From Octopus bimaculoides (lineage: Eukaryota), in assembly GCF_001194135.2 (NCBI RefSeq), contig NC_069004.1, positions 9,954,802 to 10,002,475 on the forward strand: a DNA stretch of 47,674 nt, read 5' to 3'. Below, in pieces: positions 35,938-46,213 of the stretch. The position numbers and the translations under genes are program-made. The notes under the pieces were generated by a model. The model worked only from the letters and a program-made list of their open reading frames with translations. It searched no databases and was not told the origin of the DNA. The stretch's first letter is position 1; every line of letters begins with the position of its first letter.

Positions 35938-37285
35938 CTAGAAAGTTGAAAGCAAAAAGACGAAGGCAGTGTTAAAATATGTAAAAAAAATATTTTTTAT
36001 ATTACCCAGGAACCTCCACCTCAACTCCAAATAAGGTCTTACTCCCGAGAAGGCAGTGAGGGCTGTGATTAACACAGGTTTCTTTATAGTATCAAAAATG
36101 AGTTATAAACCTCTGCACCTGAATAGGAGGCTAGCACATTGCAGGTAATATTCCCCTGATGGTCTGAACTAAACTGAAGTGATCGCAGTTTTCTGATATC
36201 ATTTCAATATTCTCAAACACCAAACAGTTCGTGTTTATACAGACACAACATGTCAGCATGAAGACCGTACCTCTTCTTGTATACATTGACTGATTCTTTA
36301 GAGACTCATCAATAACACTGTGTAACAAAACTTTTGCTTTTCTTTTGTCTTTGGTCAGTAAGTGTTATTTCTTATTTGCTTCTATCTAGAAATCAAAAGA
36401 AATCACTACTATTCTCTTCAAATTTTGGTTTTGTCACCTGGACATCAATGTTTTGAAACTGATCTATTTTCCATTACATTTCAGCTCTGAGTTGTTGAAG
36501 CAGAAATGATGCTATAGAAAATATTGTCAGTTACTTGACCGTAACCACTTGAGCATGTCTCTTAGCGCCTGACAATATGTACCTCTCTGATCATGAGCAG
36601 GTGTAGTGGGGGAACATCATAACGATGTGTTCAGAGGGATTCCTTGGGGTTTGAATAAATGTAACAAAAGCAAAGTTTGAAAGAAATATTAGCCATTTTT
36701 CACAGGTTCTAGGGGTAAGCAAATAGGAAATAACAGTCTGTGTGTGTGTATGTGTGTAAGTGCATGCATGGCTTTGTAGTTAAAACGTTTGCTTTCCAAT
36801 TACACTGTTTTGTGTTCAGTCCCACCATATAACATCTTGGACAAATCTGACCTATGTAAGCATGGCAAGGTGGACATTAAAACAGTGATGACCTACACGG
36901 ACACATTCACATGTAGAGATACATAGAACTATGTATGCACACATACACATATATAATACAGGTGCAGACAGACACAGTTTCTCTATGAATCAGAACCATT
37001 TTTCCCCACCGCTTTCCTCTATAGCCCATTACTCAGTTTTCAATCTCTTTGATTGCCAACTCCTTATGGATTACCCAAAGACTGACTTACAAAAAAAAAA
37101 CGCCAGTGTACTGTGACCACGAACCCACACCAAAAAAACCTTGATAATCACCCAATCACACATTCAGACACCCTCCCTCAACAATACACCACTCATAGTA
37201 TCCATACAATCCCTTAAACCTATCCAAGCATCAAGAAATACAATCAGCAACACAAAATTGTATGAAGCGACTATGCAAAACTTAC

Positions 37286-37435
37286 CAGCTTCTTTTTCCT
37301 CTTTGCTCGATCCTCTTTCTTCTTGGAAACAGACTCCTTCAAAGCAGTCAGTTGTTCAGCAGATAAATCAGCTCTAAACTGAGCATATTGTTCCTTGTAG
37401 GCTTGCAACCGAGTTTGGGCCTGTTCTCTAAGAAC
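37286..37435 (-). CDS. TFAM: TFAM exon 4 (150 nt)
   Basis: ttctttcacag acceptor, VLREQAQTRLQAYKEQYAQFRADLSAEQLTALKESVSKKKEDRAKRKKKL, GTAAGT donor; HMG A helix 3 plus linker helix. Confidence 0.94.
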
Positions 37436-37752
37436 CTGTGAAAGAATGGAACAGTGAAACAGTCACTGTTGTTGGTGATCTGTCTCTGATGAGAACTAAA
37501 TAGGGGGCAATATTTGAGAGGGGTGAGAGATGGCTTTAAGCAAGGGAGAAGCAGAAGTGCCTTGCTATAGATTGATCTCATTGGAAATTTAACCTTATAA
37601 AGGCAAGAGAAAAGGATTAATAAAGATATAATCATTTTTTGTGTAGGGGTTCCCTGAAATGAAGAATGGATTTCATGGGTCCCCCAAGAATAAAATGGTT
37701 GGGAAATGTTGCCTAAAGGTAAGTCTGTTTTAATTGTACACAATATACATAC

Positions 37753-37823
37753 CTGTTTTTCTGAATCTGGCAAGTTCTTGTATATCTGTGAAACTCTGCG
37801 AATAACTTCCTGTGAATCAATTC
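37753..37823 (-). CDS. TFAM: TFAM exon 3 (71 nt)
   Basis: cctcctccaaag acceptor, (G)IDSQEVIRRVSQIYKNLPDSEKQ, GTATGT donor. Confidence 0.93.
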
Positions 37824-38147
37824 CTTTGGAGGAGGGGGATTAAAAAAGAAAAAAAAGGTATAAATAATATTACAAGGTGAAGTATGTAAAGGTGGAAAGA
37901 AACAAAATAGTCACCGCTGGAGTGTCCTAGATTATCAGTCTGTCCTTGGGCTAAACATTTGACTGAACCAATAAGGGAACCTAACATATGGTTGTTTGAC
38001 TTGCTGGAAATAATAAATTAGACCCTCCTATCTTGAAAGTGGAAGGACACATTGGGCAATGCAATTCCGGATATGCAAAAGAAAGGATGGTCATGAATGG
38101 AACCCCTTTGATCATAAAGGGGCTTCAATAAAGCTGACCTGAGTTAA

Positions 38148-38331
38148 CCCTTTAGCATTCAGATTATTCCATCAAAGGTAATGCTTTGTTATTCACATCA
38201 TTTTGAATTAGTCATGCATTACCTTGTAGCTTTGAGACTTCAATGATGTGGTCATTTTTAGATTGTAGGTAGGTGAGAGAAAAGCAGATTGAATATTTGG
38301 GTCGGATAAGGCCTGTTTAAATGCTAAAGGG
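38148..38331. mobile_element. piggyBac-type MITE family 1
   Basis: ttaa-ccctttagcattcagatt...aaatgctaaaggg; right TSD mutated (tcat). Confidence 0.82.
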
Positions 38332-38737
38332 TCATTTCTGTGTTCCTTTCTGTTGAAGAGCATAAGCTCAAAACGTAAAAGACTTTCTCACTTCCCGAGC
38401 GTTGAACTAATATATCTGTTGTTTACACACCTGTCTTCGTCTTGTTTTTTTGTAAATTCTCACTATATATATATATATACGGAGGTGTCCTAGCATGACC
38501 ACAGCTTTGAAGCTGAAACAATTTAAGGATTTTATATAATCATATATATATATGACACACTTCTTTCGGTTTCTGTCTACCAAATCCACTGACAAGTGGG
38601 ACTGAACTTAGAACCATGTGGTTAGGAAGCAAGCTTCTTACCACACAGCCACGCCTGCACCATTGTTAATATTATAAAACAAAAATGAAAACCAGTGTCA
38701 AATTATGTCTGAATCCAAGGGGACTGGCAATGCTTAC

Positions 38738-38859
38738 CAGGGTTGTTTTCAAGAACTGCTGGACGGTTTTTTAATGCAAATTCAAAGAATGCACTCATTG
38801 GTCTCTTTGGTGGTTTTGGTACATCGATATTGGAGTCTTCGCTTAAACGAGCCAGAGGT
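38738..38859 (-). CDS. TFAM: TFAM exon 2 (122 nt)
   Basis: ctttttt aaag acceptor, (R)PLARLSEDSNIDVPKPPKRPMSAFFEFALKNRPAVLENNP(G), GTAAGC donor; start of HMG box A (PKPPKRPMSAF). Confidence 0.94.
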
Positions 38860-39979
38860 CTTTAAAAAAGTGAGAATATGATAAAATAATGAATAAGTGA
38901 AAACAAAAAGGAGACACAAACGTACAAAATGAAACATGTATGGACGACTTGTTCCGAAATACCTCCGAGTGGGAAACGGTTCTCAAAGATAACCCCAAAT
39001 TGTTTTCCCCCAAAATTCCTATGTCCTCGGAATCTACATAGTCCGAGGTATATTTGTAAAGAATTTCATTAAAAAATATCCATTTTCTTGAAAGTTAAGA
39101 CGAATTGGACTCCGGTGAATTTTCCGAAATTCTACCGAAGTCGTCTTTTAGGGGTCGATAAAATAAAGTACCAGTTTATGTAATCGACTAACACCTACCC
39201 TCAAGTATTGCTTTCTGGCCATATGCCTAAATTAGAGGCAATGATTGAGAGCAGAATCAGCAGAATCAGTAAAACGCCGAGCAAGATACATTTGACTAGT
39301 TATGTCTTGCAATGTTATGATTTTTGTCTTTAATCCAACAACGGTCAACTTTGATTTTAATCTTTCTGTGGTCGTTTAATTCGGCAGTCTCTCTTCAAGA
39401 ATATGCAGCCTTGTTCCAATACAAAAACGGGGAAGAACGGCTGAGTTAATAAAGTACATATAAACAGTAGGTTGTCAGATAAATTCATTCGTTTCTGTTC
39501 ACTCCAATGTTATTTGAATTCAAGACCCGGTGATTTCTAGTCAAAACATTGACAAGCTAGAATAACGTAGGCAAGAAGTTGTAAACAACGAAGGAGAAAA
39601 TATGGTTAATGTTATTGACCGATTTGCTAAAACTGATGAAAAATAACGATTAAAATAAAGAAATTAGAACTTAACGAATTTATCTGACATCGCAATATTA
39701 TACAACAATTTCATGAAATATAAATATATTCTAGAGTCGATCTGCGTAATAGAAGTCAAAAAATATAGTTTATTTCACTTTCAAGTTACATTATTAGACT
39801 TGTTATATTAAATTCCTCAAACATACACAAATATCAATAAGGAACTTATATCAGGTACGTTTGAGTAAATTATTCGGAATTTGAAAGAAAGACATCAATG
39901 ATATAGTTAAATAACTTCAGCACATAAAAGAAAGATGGAAATATCTTAGGATAATGTTACAAAAATCAGTGCCACTAAC

Positions 39980-40053
39980 CTCGAAAAACAGCTGAAGGTT
40001 AGTCTTGTTGACGAGCGGAGAGTACTGCATGCTGTAATTAATTTCAGCGCCAT
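39980..40053 (-). CDS. TFAM: TFAM exon 1: mitochondrial targeting presequence
   Basis: caacaATGG start, MALKLITACSTLRSSTRLTFSCFS(R): R/S/T/L-rich with no acidic residues. GTTAGT donor, phase 2 matches exon 2. The 7 exons sum to 834 nt = 277 aa plus stop. Confidence 0.85.
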
Positions 40054-41595
40054 TGTTGTGGTTACTTACAAGGGAAACAACTTATATTTTAGTCAGCAAG
40101 CTGACAGAATGCTTAGCATTGTCGGACAAAATACATAGCGACCTTGATTCCGACTTTACGCTCTACGTTCAAATACGTCGGAGGTTGAATTTGTCTTTCG
40201 TTCTTTATGAGTTGCGAGGTTTCCCTCTTCCATATTTTGAAGAGGTCATAGGCCAACAGGTTTTGGGGTCTGATGATACACCATAAAGCTAAACCCTTTA
40301 TGGACAGGAAACCTAAGGTAATCCCATAAACCGGCCTTTCCCATTTTTAATATATATTACTGTACATTTTAGAGTGTGCTTCTCCGGATTTATGTTTTCT
40401 ACAAACGGTATATATATATATATATATAATGCAAGAGAGTTAGGGGTTGAGGATTCAACCCACTAAGGGATAGCTTCTATCCAATATACTGCTGGGAGGG
40501 TACCCAATTATTGTTACACTAGTGTTATACCAAGTGTAATAAATGGGAGCGGGTAAAGGGGGGGGGTTGTTTTACTCTAAATTTATATATCCCCCAAAAC
40601 AGCAACAACTTTATTTTTTTTAAAAAAAGCAACAAAAAGCTCTTCAAGATCTGCCCCTCCTGTGTTCGGTTTCTTTCTCTGAAATTTTAAACAGTTCAAC
40701 ATATTGCTGATCACTGATGCATGTTCTCTCAGAGAGTGATACTGCAAACCCTATATGAGTGAACGTATGAAGAACGAAATAAGAATTTTGAAAGAAGAAG
40801 CTATAAAACTAGCTTTTAAACACTAAATGGCTGTGGGTGTTCACCAGAATAAAATAGTGAATCAAAGGAGTCGATTGATAAAAAAACGGTTGAGAACCAC
40901 CAAGTCAAAAGATTATATCAACTAAAACCCTTTACCTCAAAACTATAAGCTGAGTCCCTCAATTTGACACTATTATATACTGTTTGTGTGTGAGAGAGAG
41001 CGGGAGATGAAGTGAGAGGAGAGAACGAGAGAGCGAGAGAGGGGAGAATAAGTGTAGGTATAATCCGTTGCGTGTGAAGAGGAAGATAATAAATAGTGAA
41101 AGTAAATGTTTACCAAGTGAACGGTTTCATTCACATTAACTCATTTTTATTTACTTTATTTATTAAAGCACGTTGTCCCACCATTCATTTAGAAGCATAA
41201 TGTAAATCCAATTGCTAAGCAACAGTTTGTCGTCACAGGGTCTACGTCACATATCCCCGCCCACACAGACATAGAGAGAGAGCGACAGCGAGAGAGAGAA
41301 ACAGACTGACAGATACACATATGAATGAGAGCGACATTCATACACCCACTGACACAGACACACACGCACCGACTTACGCACAGACACACACATATTTAGA
41401 GTGCATTCAAGGGAGATAACCCTCATTTGTATCGAGACGGAACCAGGAGATTGTCAAAGAGAAGCGAGAGACAGAGAGAGAGAAATCACTTGATGTATCA
41501 AACAGGAATCATCACGTATCGATTCCAAATCCTCCATCTTTAAAAACAAAAAAACATTTATTCACCTTTTATTCACCTTCGTCATAACATCGCTC
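40054..41595. promoter_or_regulatory. Candidate bidirectional promoter between TFAM and the carboxypeptidase
   Basis: Divergent start codons 1.54 kb apart; CpG-retaining region with GA and CA microsatellites. Confidence 0.5.
40250..40337 (+). ncRNA. Type I hammerhead ribozyme motif
   Basis: Core CTGATGA 40270-76 and GAAA 40308-11. Stem II ccataaag/ctttatgg (40281-88/40296-303, 7-nt loop). Stem III A-C-C/taa/G-G-T. Cleavage triplet GTA 40318-20. Stem I ggttttggggt (40259-69) pairs with atccca-t-aaacc (40321-32; 11 bp, one G.U, one bulge), extended by aggcc/ggcct. Confidence 0.75.
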
Positions 41596-41935
41596 ATGTT
41601 TCTTTTGCTAAATTCCCCGAGCCGTTTTAAGAACTACGATGTTCGCCCTTCACGTTCTGGCCCGTTCCTTCCCTTCTTGGGTACCGTTCTATCGTCCTTG
41701 CTATTGTTATCAATAACACCTCGAAGAACCGAAGCAGCTGTTTCCGATGCTACGAAATTCTCGTCGAATGCGGACTTCATCCATCACAATTACGACCAGA
41801 TGGTCGCCTTGCTGGACGAGGTACACAGCAAATGTCCCGACATCACATTGGTTTATAACCCTCCTGGACATTCGGTCGAAGGGAAAAATTTAACCGTGAT
41901 TGAATTCAGTGACGATCCTGGAAAACACATTGCAG
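41596..41935 (+). CDS. Metallocarboxypeptidase, M14B (N/E) subfamily, carboxypeptidase E-like, exon 1; later exons lie right of the window
   Basis: Hydrophobic signal-like stretch (residues 24-40, FLPFLGTVLSSLLLLSI) then DFIHHNYDQMVALLDEVHSKCPDITLVYNPPGHSVEGKNLTVIEFSDDPGKHIA(G), GTAGGT donor at 41936. Matches the M14B N-terminus up to the residues before EPEFKY. CPE vs CPD vs CPN orthology cannot be fixed from one exon. Confidence 0.88.
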
Positions 41936-42109
41936 GTAGGTACCACATACTATTTTTTTAGAAGCCTTCTGATGATTCTGATTCTGATTATTATTATTAT
42001 TATTATTATTATTGTTCAGTAGTTTTATTTTTATAACGTGCTTTCACTTCACTACCGAGCGCAGCTCTGTGTGACTTGGGTATTATTATTATTATTATTA
42101 TTATCATTA

Positions 42110-42196
42110 TTTCGGGGTCGATAAATTAAGCACTGAGATCAATGTAATCGACTAACCCCCTCCCTCTGAACTTCAGGCTTTGTGCCTATAGTTGAA

Positions 42197-42248
<52 letters not shown>

Positions 42249-42331
42249 TCGGGGTCGATAAATTAAGCACTGAGATCAATGTAATCGACTAACCCTCTCC
42301 CTCTGAACTTCAGGCTTTGTGCCTATAGTTG

Positions 42332-42362
<31 letters not shown>

Positions 42363-42450
42363 TCGGGGTCGATATATTAAGCACCGAGATCAATGTAATC
42401 GACTAACCCCCTCCCTCTGAACTTCAGGCTTTGTGCCTATAGTTGAAAGG

Positions 42451-42495
<45 letters not shown>

Positions 42496-42555
42496 GTTAT
42501 TATTATTATTATCATCATTATTATTATCATTATCATTATTATTATTATTATTTTA
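42110..42555 (+). repeat. Tandem array of three SINE B 3' halves, each with an (ATT)n tail
   Basis: tttcggggtcgataaattaagcactgagatcaatgtaatcgactaacc...gcctatagttgaa starts at about 42110, 42248 and 42361, near-identical. Confidence 0.9.
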
Positions 42556-42964
42556 GTGTCGGGCTCTTTAGGTTCTAGTTTCAAAACCCATCGAGGTCAG
42601 CCTTCGCCTTCCAGTCCTTCGCAAGCTGTTAAAATCAAGTACCAGTCAAGTACTATGAGTCGATCGTGTCGACCAACACCTTTCTCCGAAAATTGTTGGG
42701 CTTGTTCTCTAAATCAGAAGCCACTATTTGAATCTGTAGAACACCGGAACCAGACGATATACCTTGTATTGTTTAGTCACGTCCACTTACATTCTGAGTT
42801 CAAATTCAACCAATGTAGACTTTACCGTTTATCTTCCCAGGGTCAATAAAATCTGTTCCAGTCAAGTACTGGTTCGAGTTAACCGTGTTTTCTCTTCGTC
42901 GCTGAATTTGGTGCTATTTTGTTAAAGGTCGAAACCGTTCTTTGTTTATAACATATAATACGAT

Positions 42965-43005
<41 letters not shown>

Positions 43006-43454
43006 GATTTTCGCGTCGATTTTGATCGAACTTTTATATATCTATCAATATATATATATATATAAGGTTTTGACTACAAACCTTAAGAAGCTAAAATGAC
43101 AATGTGACGGTGAAATAGGTTTCTTTAATTACGAAATTAATCAGTTGTTTTAAAAAATTTCCACTGAAAGCGGACATTACAATTATACCATTATGGCTTT
43201 TATGTATATACCAATATGTTATAAATTGTTCTCGTTAAGCATCGCTAATTTTATAATTATACCTCAATTATGGGGAAGTAATTTATCAGTTTGATGGAAA
43301 ATTGTAGGTCTCGTTACGAAACACGGGCAGTAGTTTTACTTTTTAAGTGATTTTTAGGTATTATTGTTGTTGTTGTTGTTGTTGCTGTTGTTATTATTAT
43401 TATTGTTCAGTAGTTTTATTTTTATAACGTGCTTTCACTTCACTACCATTATTA

Positions 43455-43980
43455 TTATTATTGCGCTGGCAGAATCGTTAGCGCACGAGGCGAAATGCTT
43501 AGCGATATTTCGTCCGTCACTATGTTCTGTGTTCAAATTCCGCCATGGTCAACTTTGCCTTTCATTCTTTCGAGATCGATAAAATAAGCACCAGTTGAAT
43601 GCTGGGGTCGATGGAATCGACTTATCTCCTCCCCACGAAATAGCTGGCCTTGTGCTAAAATTTGAAATTATTTACATCGACCTCAGTGCACCACTGGTAC
43701 TTATTTAATCGATCCCGAAAGGATAAAAGGCAGAGTCGACATCGGCGAAATTTGAACTCAGAACGTAGCGGTATTTCATCTGTTGCTACGTTCTAAGTTC
43801 AAATTCTGCCGAGGTGGACTTTGCCTTTCATCCTTTCGGGGTCGATAAATTAAGCACTAGTTGCGTACTGGGGTCGATCTAATCGACTGGACCCTCCCCC
43901 AAAATTTGGGCTCCTTTTGCCTAGAGTAGGAAAGATTATTATTATTATTTACATCGACCTCGGTGCACTACTGGTACTTA
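43455..43980. mobile_element. Cluster of SINE B copies in alternating orientation (+, -, +, -)
   Basis: About 43461-43670 (+), 43671-43769 (-), 43770-43945 (+), 43950-43980 (-). Confidence 0.8.
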
Positions 43981-44325
43981 TAGTTGTTATAATAAACAAA
44001 CAACAGCGGTTTTCAGTTATTGAGATGTAATTTTTGCACTACTTGTTCAGCTTCTGGTCGGTCCTGAATGAACAGAACTATGATTGAAGACGTTTCGGTT
44101 GTGACTATGATATGATATGTCTTATTTCTTTTGCTGATCCGCTATGTTACGGGAACGTAAAGAAATTAACTCTGGTTATCAAGCAGAGTTGGGACTGACT
44201 TAGTTGTTTTTGAATCATGTCACCCTTTATTTATTTGTCAAACCCTTTTCGTATTCTAATTATTGGGGGAAATCTTAAAAGGGTAAAGAAAAAAATTACA
44301 AGCCATACTCTTGTCTTACGATCTA

Positions 44326-44549
44326 TTGGGTTGTCCGGAAAATTCGTGCCGATTTATAGTAGTTTACCTTACGACTTATTTGCCATGAAATCACTTCATT
44401 TCTGGGAAGAGGGTATTTTCAAGTTAAAGGAAAGGAGAAGCATTGTGCAACAAAATGGTTCATATTTGGTTGATTAAAAATGTAACGGCAAGTATTTATT
44501 GACCTTTTTCTTTCCTTAAAAATCGGCACGAACTTTCCGGACAACCCAA
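44326..44549 (+). mobile_element. Internally deleted mariner (MITE), 224 bp
   Basis: TA TSDs at 44324-25 and 44550-51; 30-bp TIR ttgggttgtccggaaa(a/g)ttcgtgccgattt with 1 mismatch; retains the transposase C-terminus FWEEGIFKLKERRSIVQQNGSYLVD*. Confidence 0.9.
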
Positions 44550-46213
44550 TACATCAGAGTTTCTCAACCATTTTTTTTTTTTTTTTTCAACTATTGACTC
44601 CTTTGATTACTATTTTACTCTGGTGGACTTCGTAACCCTTCAATGTTTAAAAACTAGTTTTTATTGATATGTCTTTCAAAATTCCTTTTTTGTTTTTCAC
44701 TCATTCACTTGAGTTAGTTTGCTATAGAGCACCCCGAGAGAATATGTTTCAAGGCTGGAAATATGTTGAGAAATATGTGCGAGAAAGAAACCTAACTGTT
44801 TCTCGCAATAAATATGTCTGGATCCATAAAAATACTATGTAGAGCTCCAGTTTACTACTTTGCTTGCATGGACCCCACCAAATTTTATATGCCCCTCCCC
44901 CAGCGGTCATAAGGACCTGGTTGAAAACTTCTGATCTAGATGGAAAAAATATTTTTGGGGAGAGGGGCGAGAAAGAGAAAGTGAGAAGAGTGGGAAAAGG
45001 AAGAGAAAAAAGTGAAAGGAGAGAAGAAGAGGAAGAAAGATAGATTGATAAATAAATAGAGAAAGAGAGTTGAAAATAAGAAGTTAAAAGAAAGGTAAAT
45101 GAACACCTGGATGGAATTAACAGGTTATAACAATAACGTGGGGACAGGTGAATTCTAAAACTCACTCTTCGGTGACACAAACTTCTAATTTTTGCGCAAA
45201 GCTACAGATTTAAAATGAGTGTGCATAGTCGATGGAATGAACCCTAGTAAACGTCTAGTGCTATTTGTTCCTGGGCCCCATAGGTATAAAGGGCGGCGGT
45301 GTTTCGGATCAGGACTCCTACATAAGTTGGATTTTTTTCCATTATGGCGGGGATTTTTCCAAGTCCCCCCCCACCACCACTACGTCCGTGAGGGTGTAAT
45401 AGGTGGAGGACAGCTTTTTATGAAAAAAATTTTAACCAAATTTTGTGAAAGTTTTGATTTTTTTTTTCTCACCTCATTTTGTGTGTGTGTGCTACGCACT
45501 TTAAAATGATGGGAGAAACCTTTTAGGTTGAAAAAAAACCCCCAAAGTTTTGAAAATGTTTTCAGACGGAAAAAAATGTGATTTAAGGGAGATTTAGCTG
45601 TTGTTTCTAGCACATCCTATGACCACCTAGTACCTTCCTCGTTTTTTTGTTACTTTGACATGTATTGATGTTTTTTCAATATTTCTCTCCCCCATAAACA
45701 CATGTGTTATTAAAAAATTTGGGGGGAAAATTTTGATTTTTTTTAACCCCCTCTCCCTCCTTGTTTCTGTTTATAATTTTAAAATATTCGAAAGCCTAAG
45801 GTCATTGTTGGGATCTATCCACAGCGATTTTAAAAAAGGTATTTAAAGGATAATTTATTTTAATAGCGTACTTTTCTGTTAATAAATGTTTCTTACGCAC
45901 ACACCTACACACATACGCACGCGCGCACACACGCACACACACACACACGGCCTCGCTGGATGCGGTGGGTGGGGGTGTTAAAAATTTAAGCTACAATTTT
46001 TTTTGCTGAAGTTCCAGTAATGGACCACCCTTGGGCTAAACAACCCGTGTGTTTCTTCGGCATCATCGTTTCATAAAATGTGTCGGGGAGAAAAATATCG
46101 AAAAACATCCATACATGTTAATGACAAAGAAACGAGGAAGGTACTTGGTGTTCATGAGAGGTGCTAGAAGCAACAGCTAAATTTCCCTTAAATCACATAC
46201 CTTTTCGTTCGAA

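Noticed and set aside
36271-36317. 47-nt AG...GT cassette in TFAM intron 4 (minus) that would act as a poison exon; overlaps ORF 36131-36328
   Set aside because: Purine-rich acceptor tract, no homology and no other support.
40500-40565. Superficial twister-like words (TACACT, CCAAG, ATAAA, GGGAG)
   Set aside because: P4/L4 and the pseudoknot pairings cannot be formed.
41639-41716. Out-of-frame ATG (25-aa ORF) inside the carboxypeptidase leader
   Set aside because: It lies downstream of the main ATG and there is no evidence of function; the main frame already gives a signal-like peptide.
42390-42849. Poly-Ile, poly-Leu, poly-His and YI-repeat ORFs (also 8697-8997, 13048-13407, 15009-15341, 43364-43582)
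   Set aside because: Translations of (ATT)n, (AT)n and (GTA/GTG)n microsatellites.
45200-46213. Unusual homopolymer-rich sequence with short ORFs
   Set aside because: Adjacent to a gap and looks like low-quality or diverged repeat sequence; no interpretable homology.
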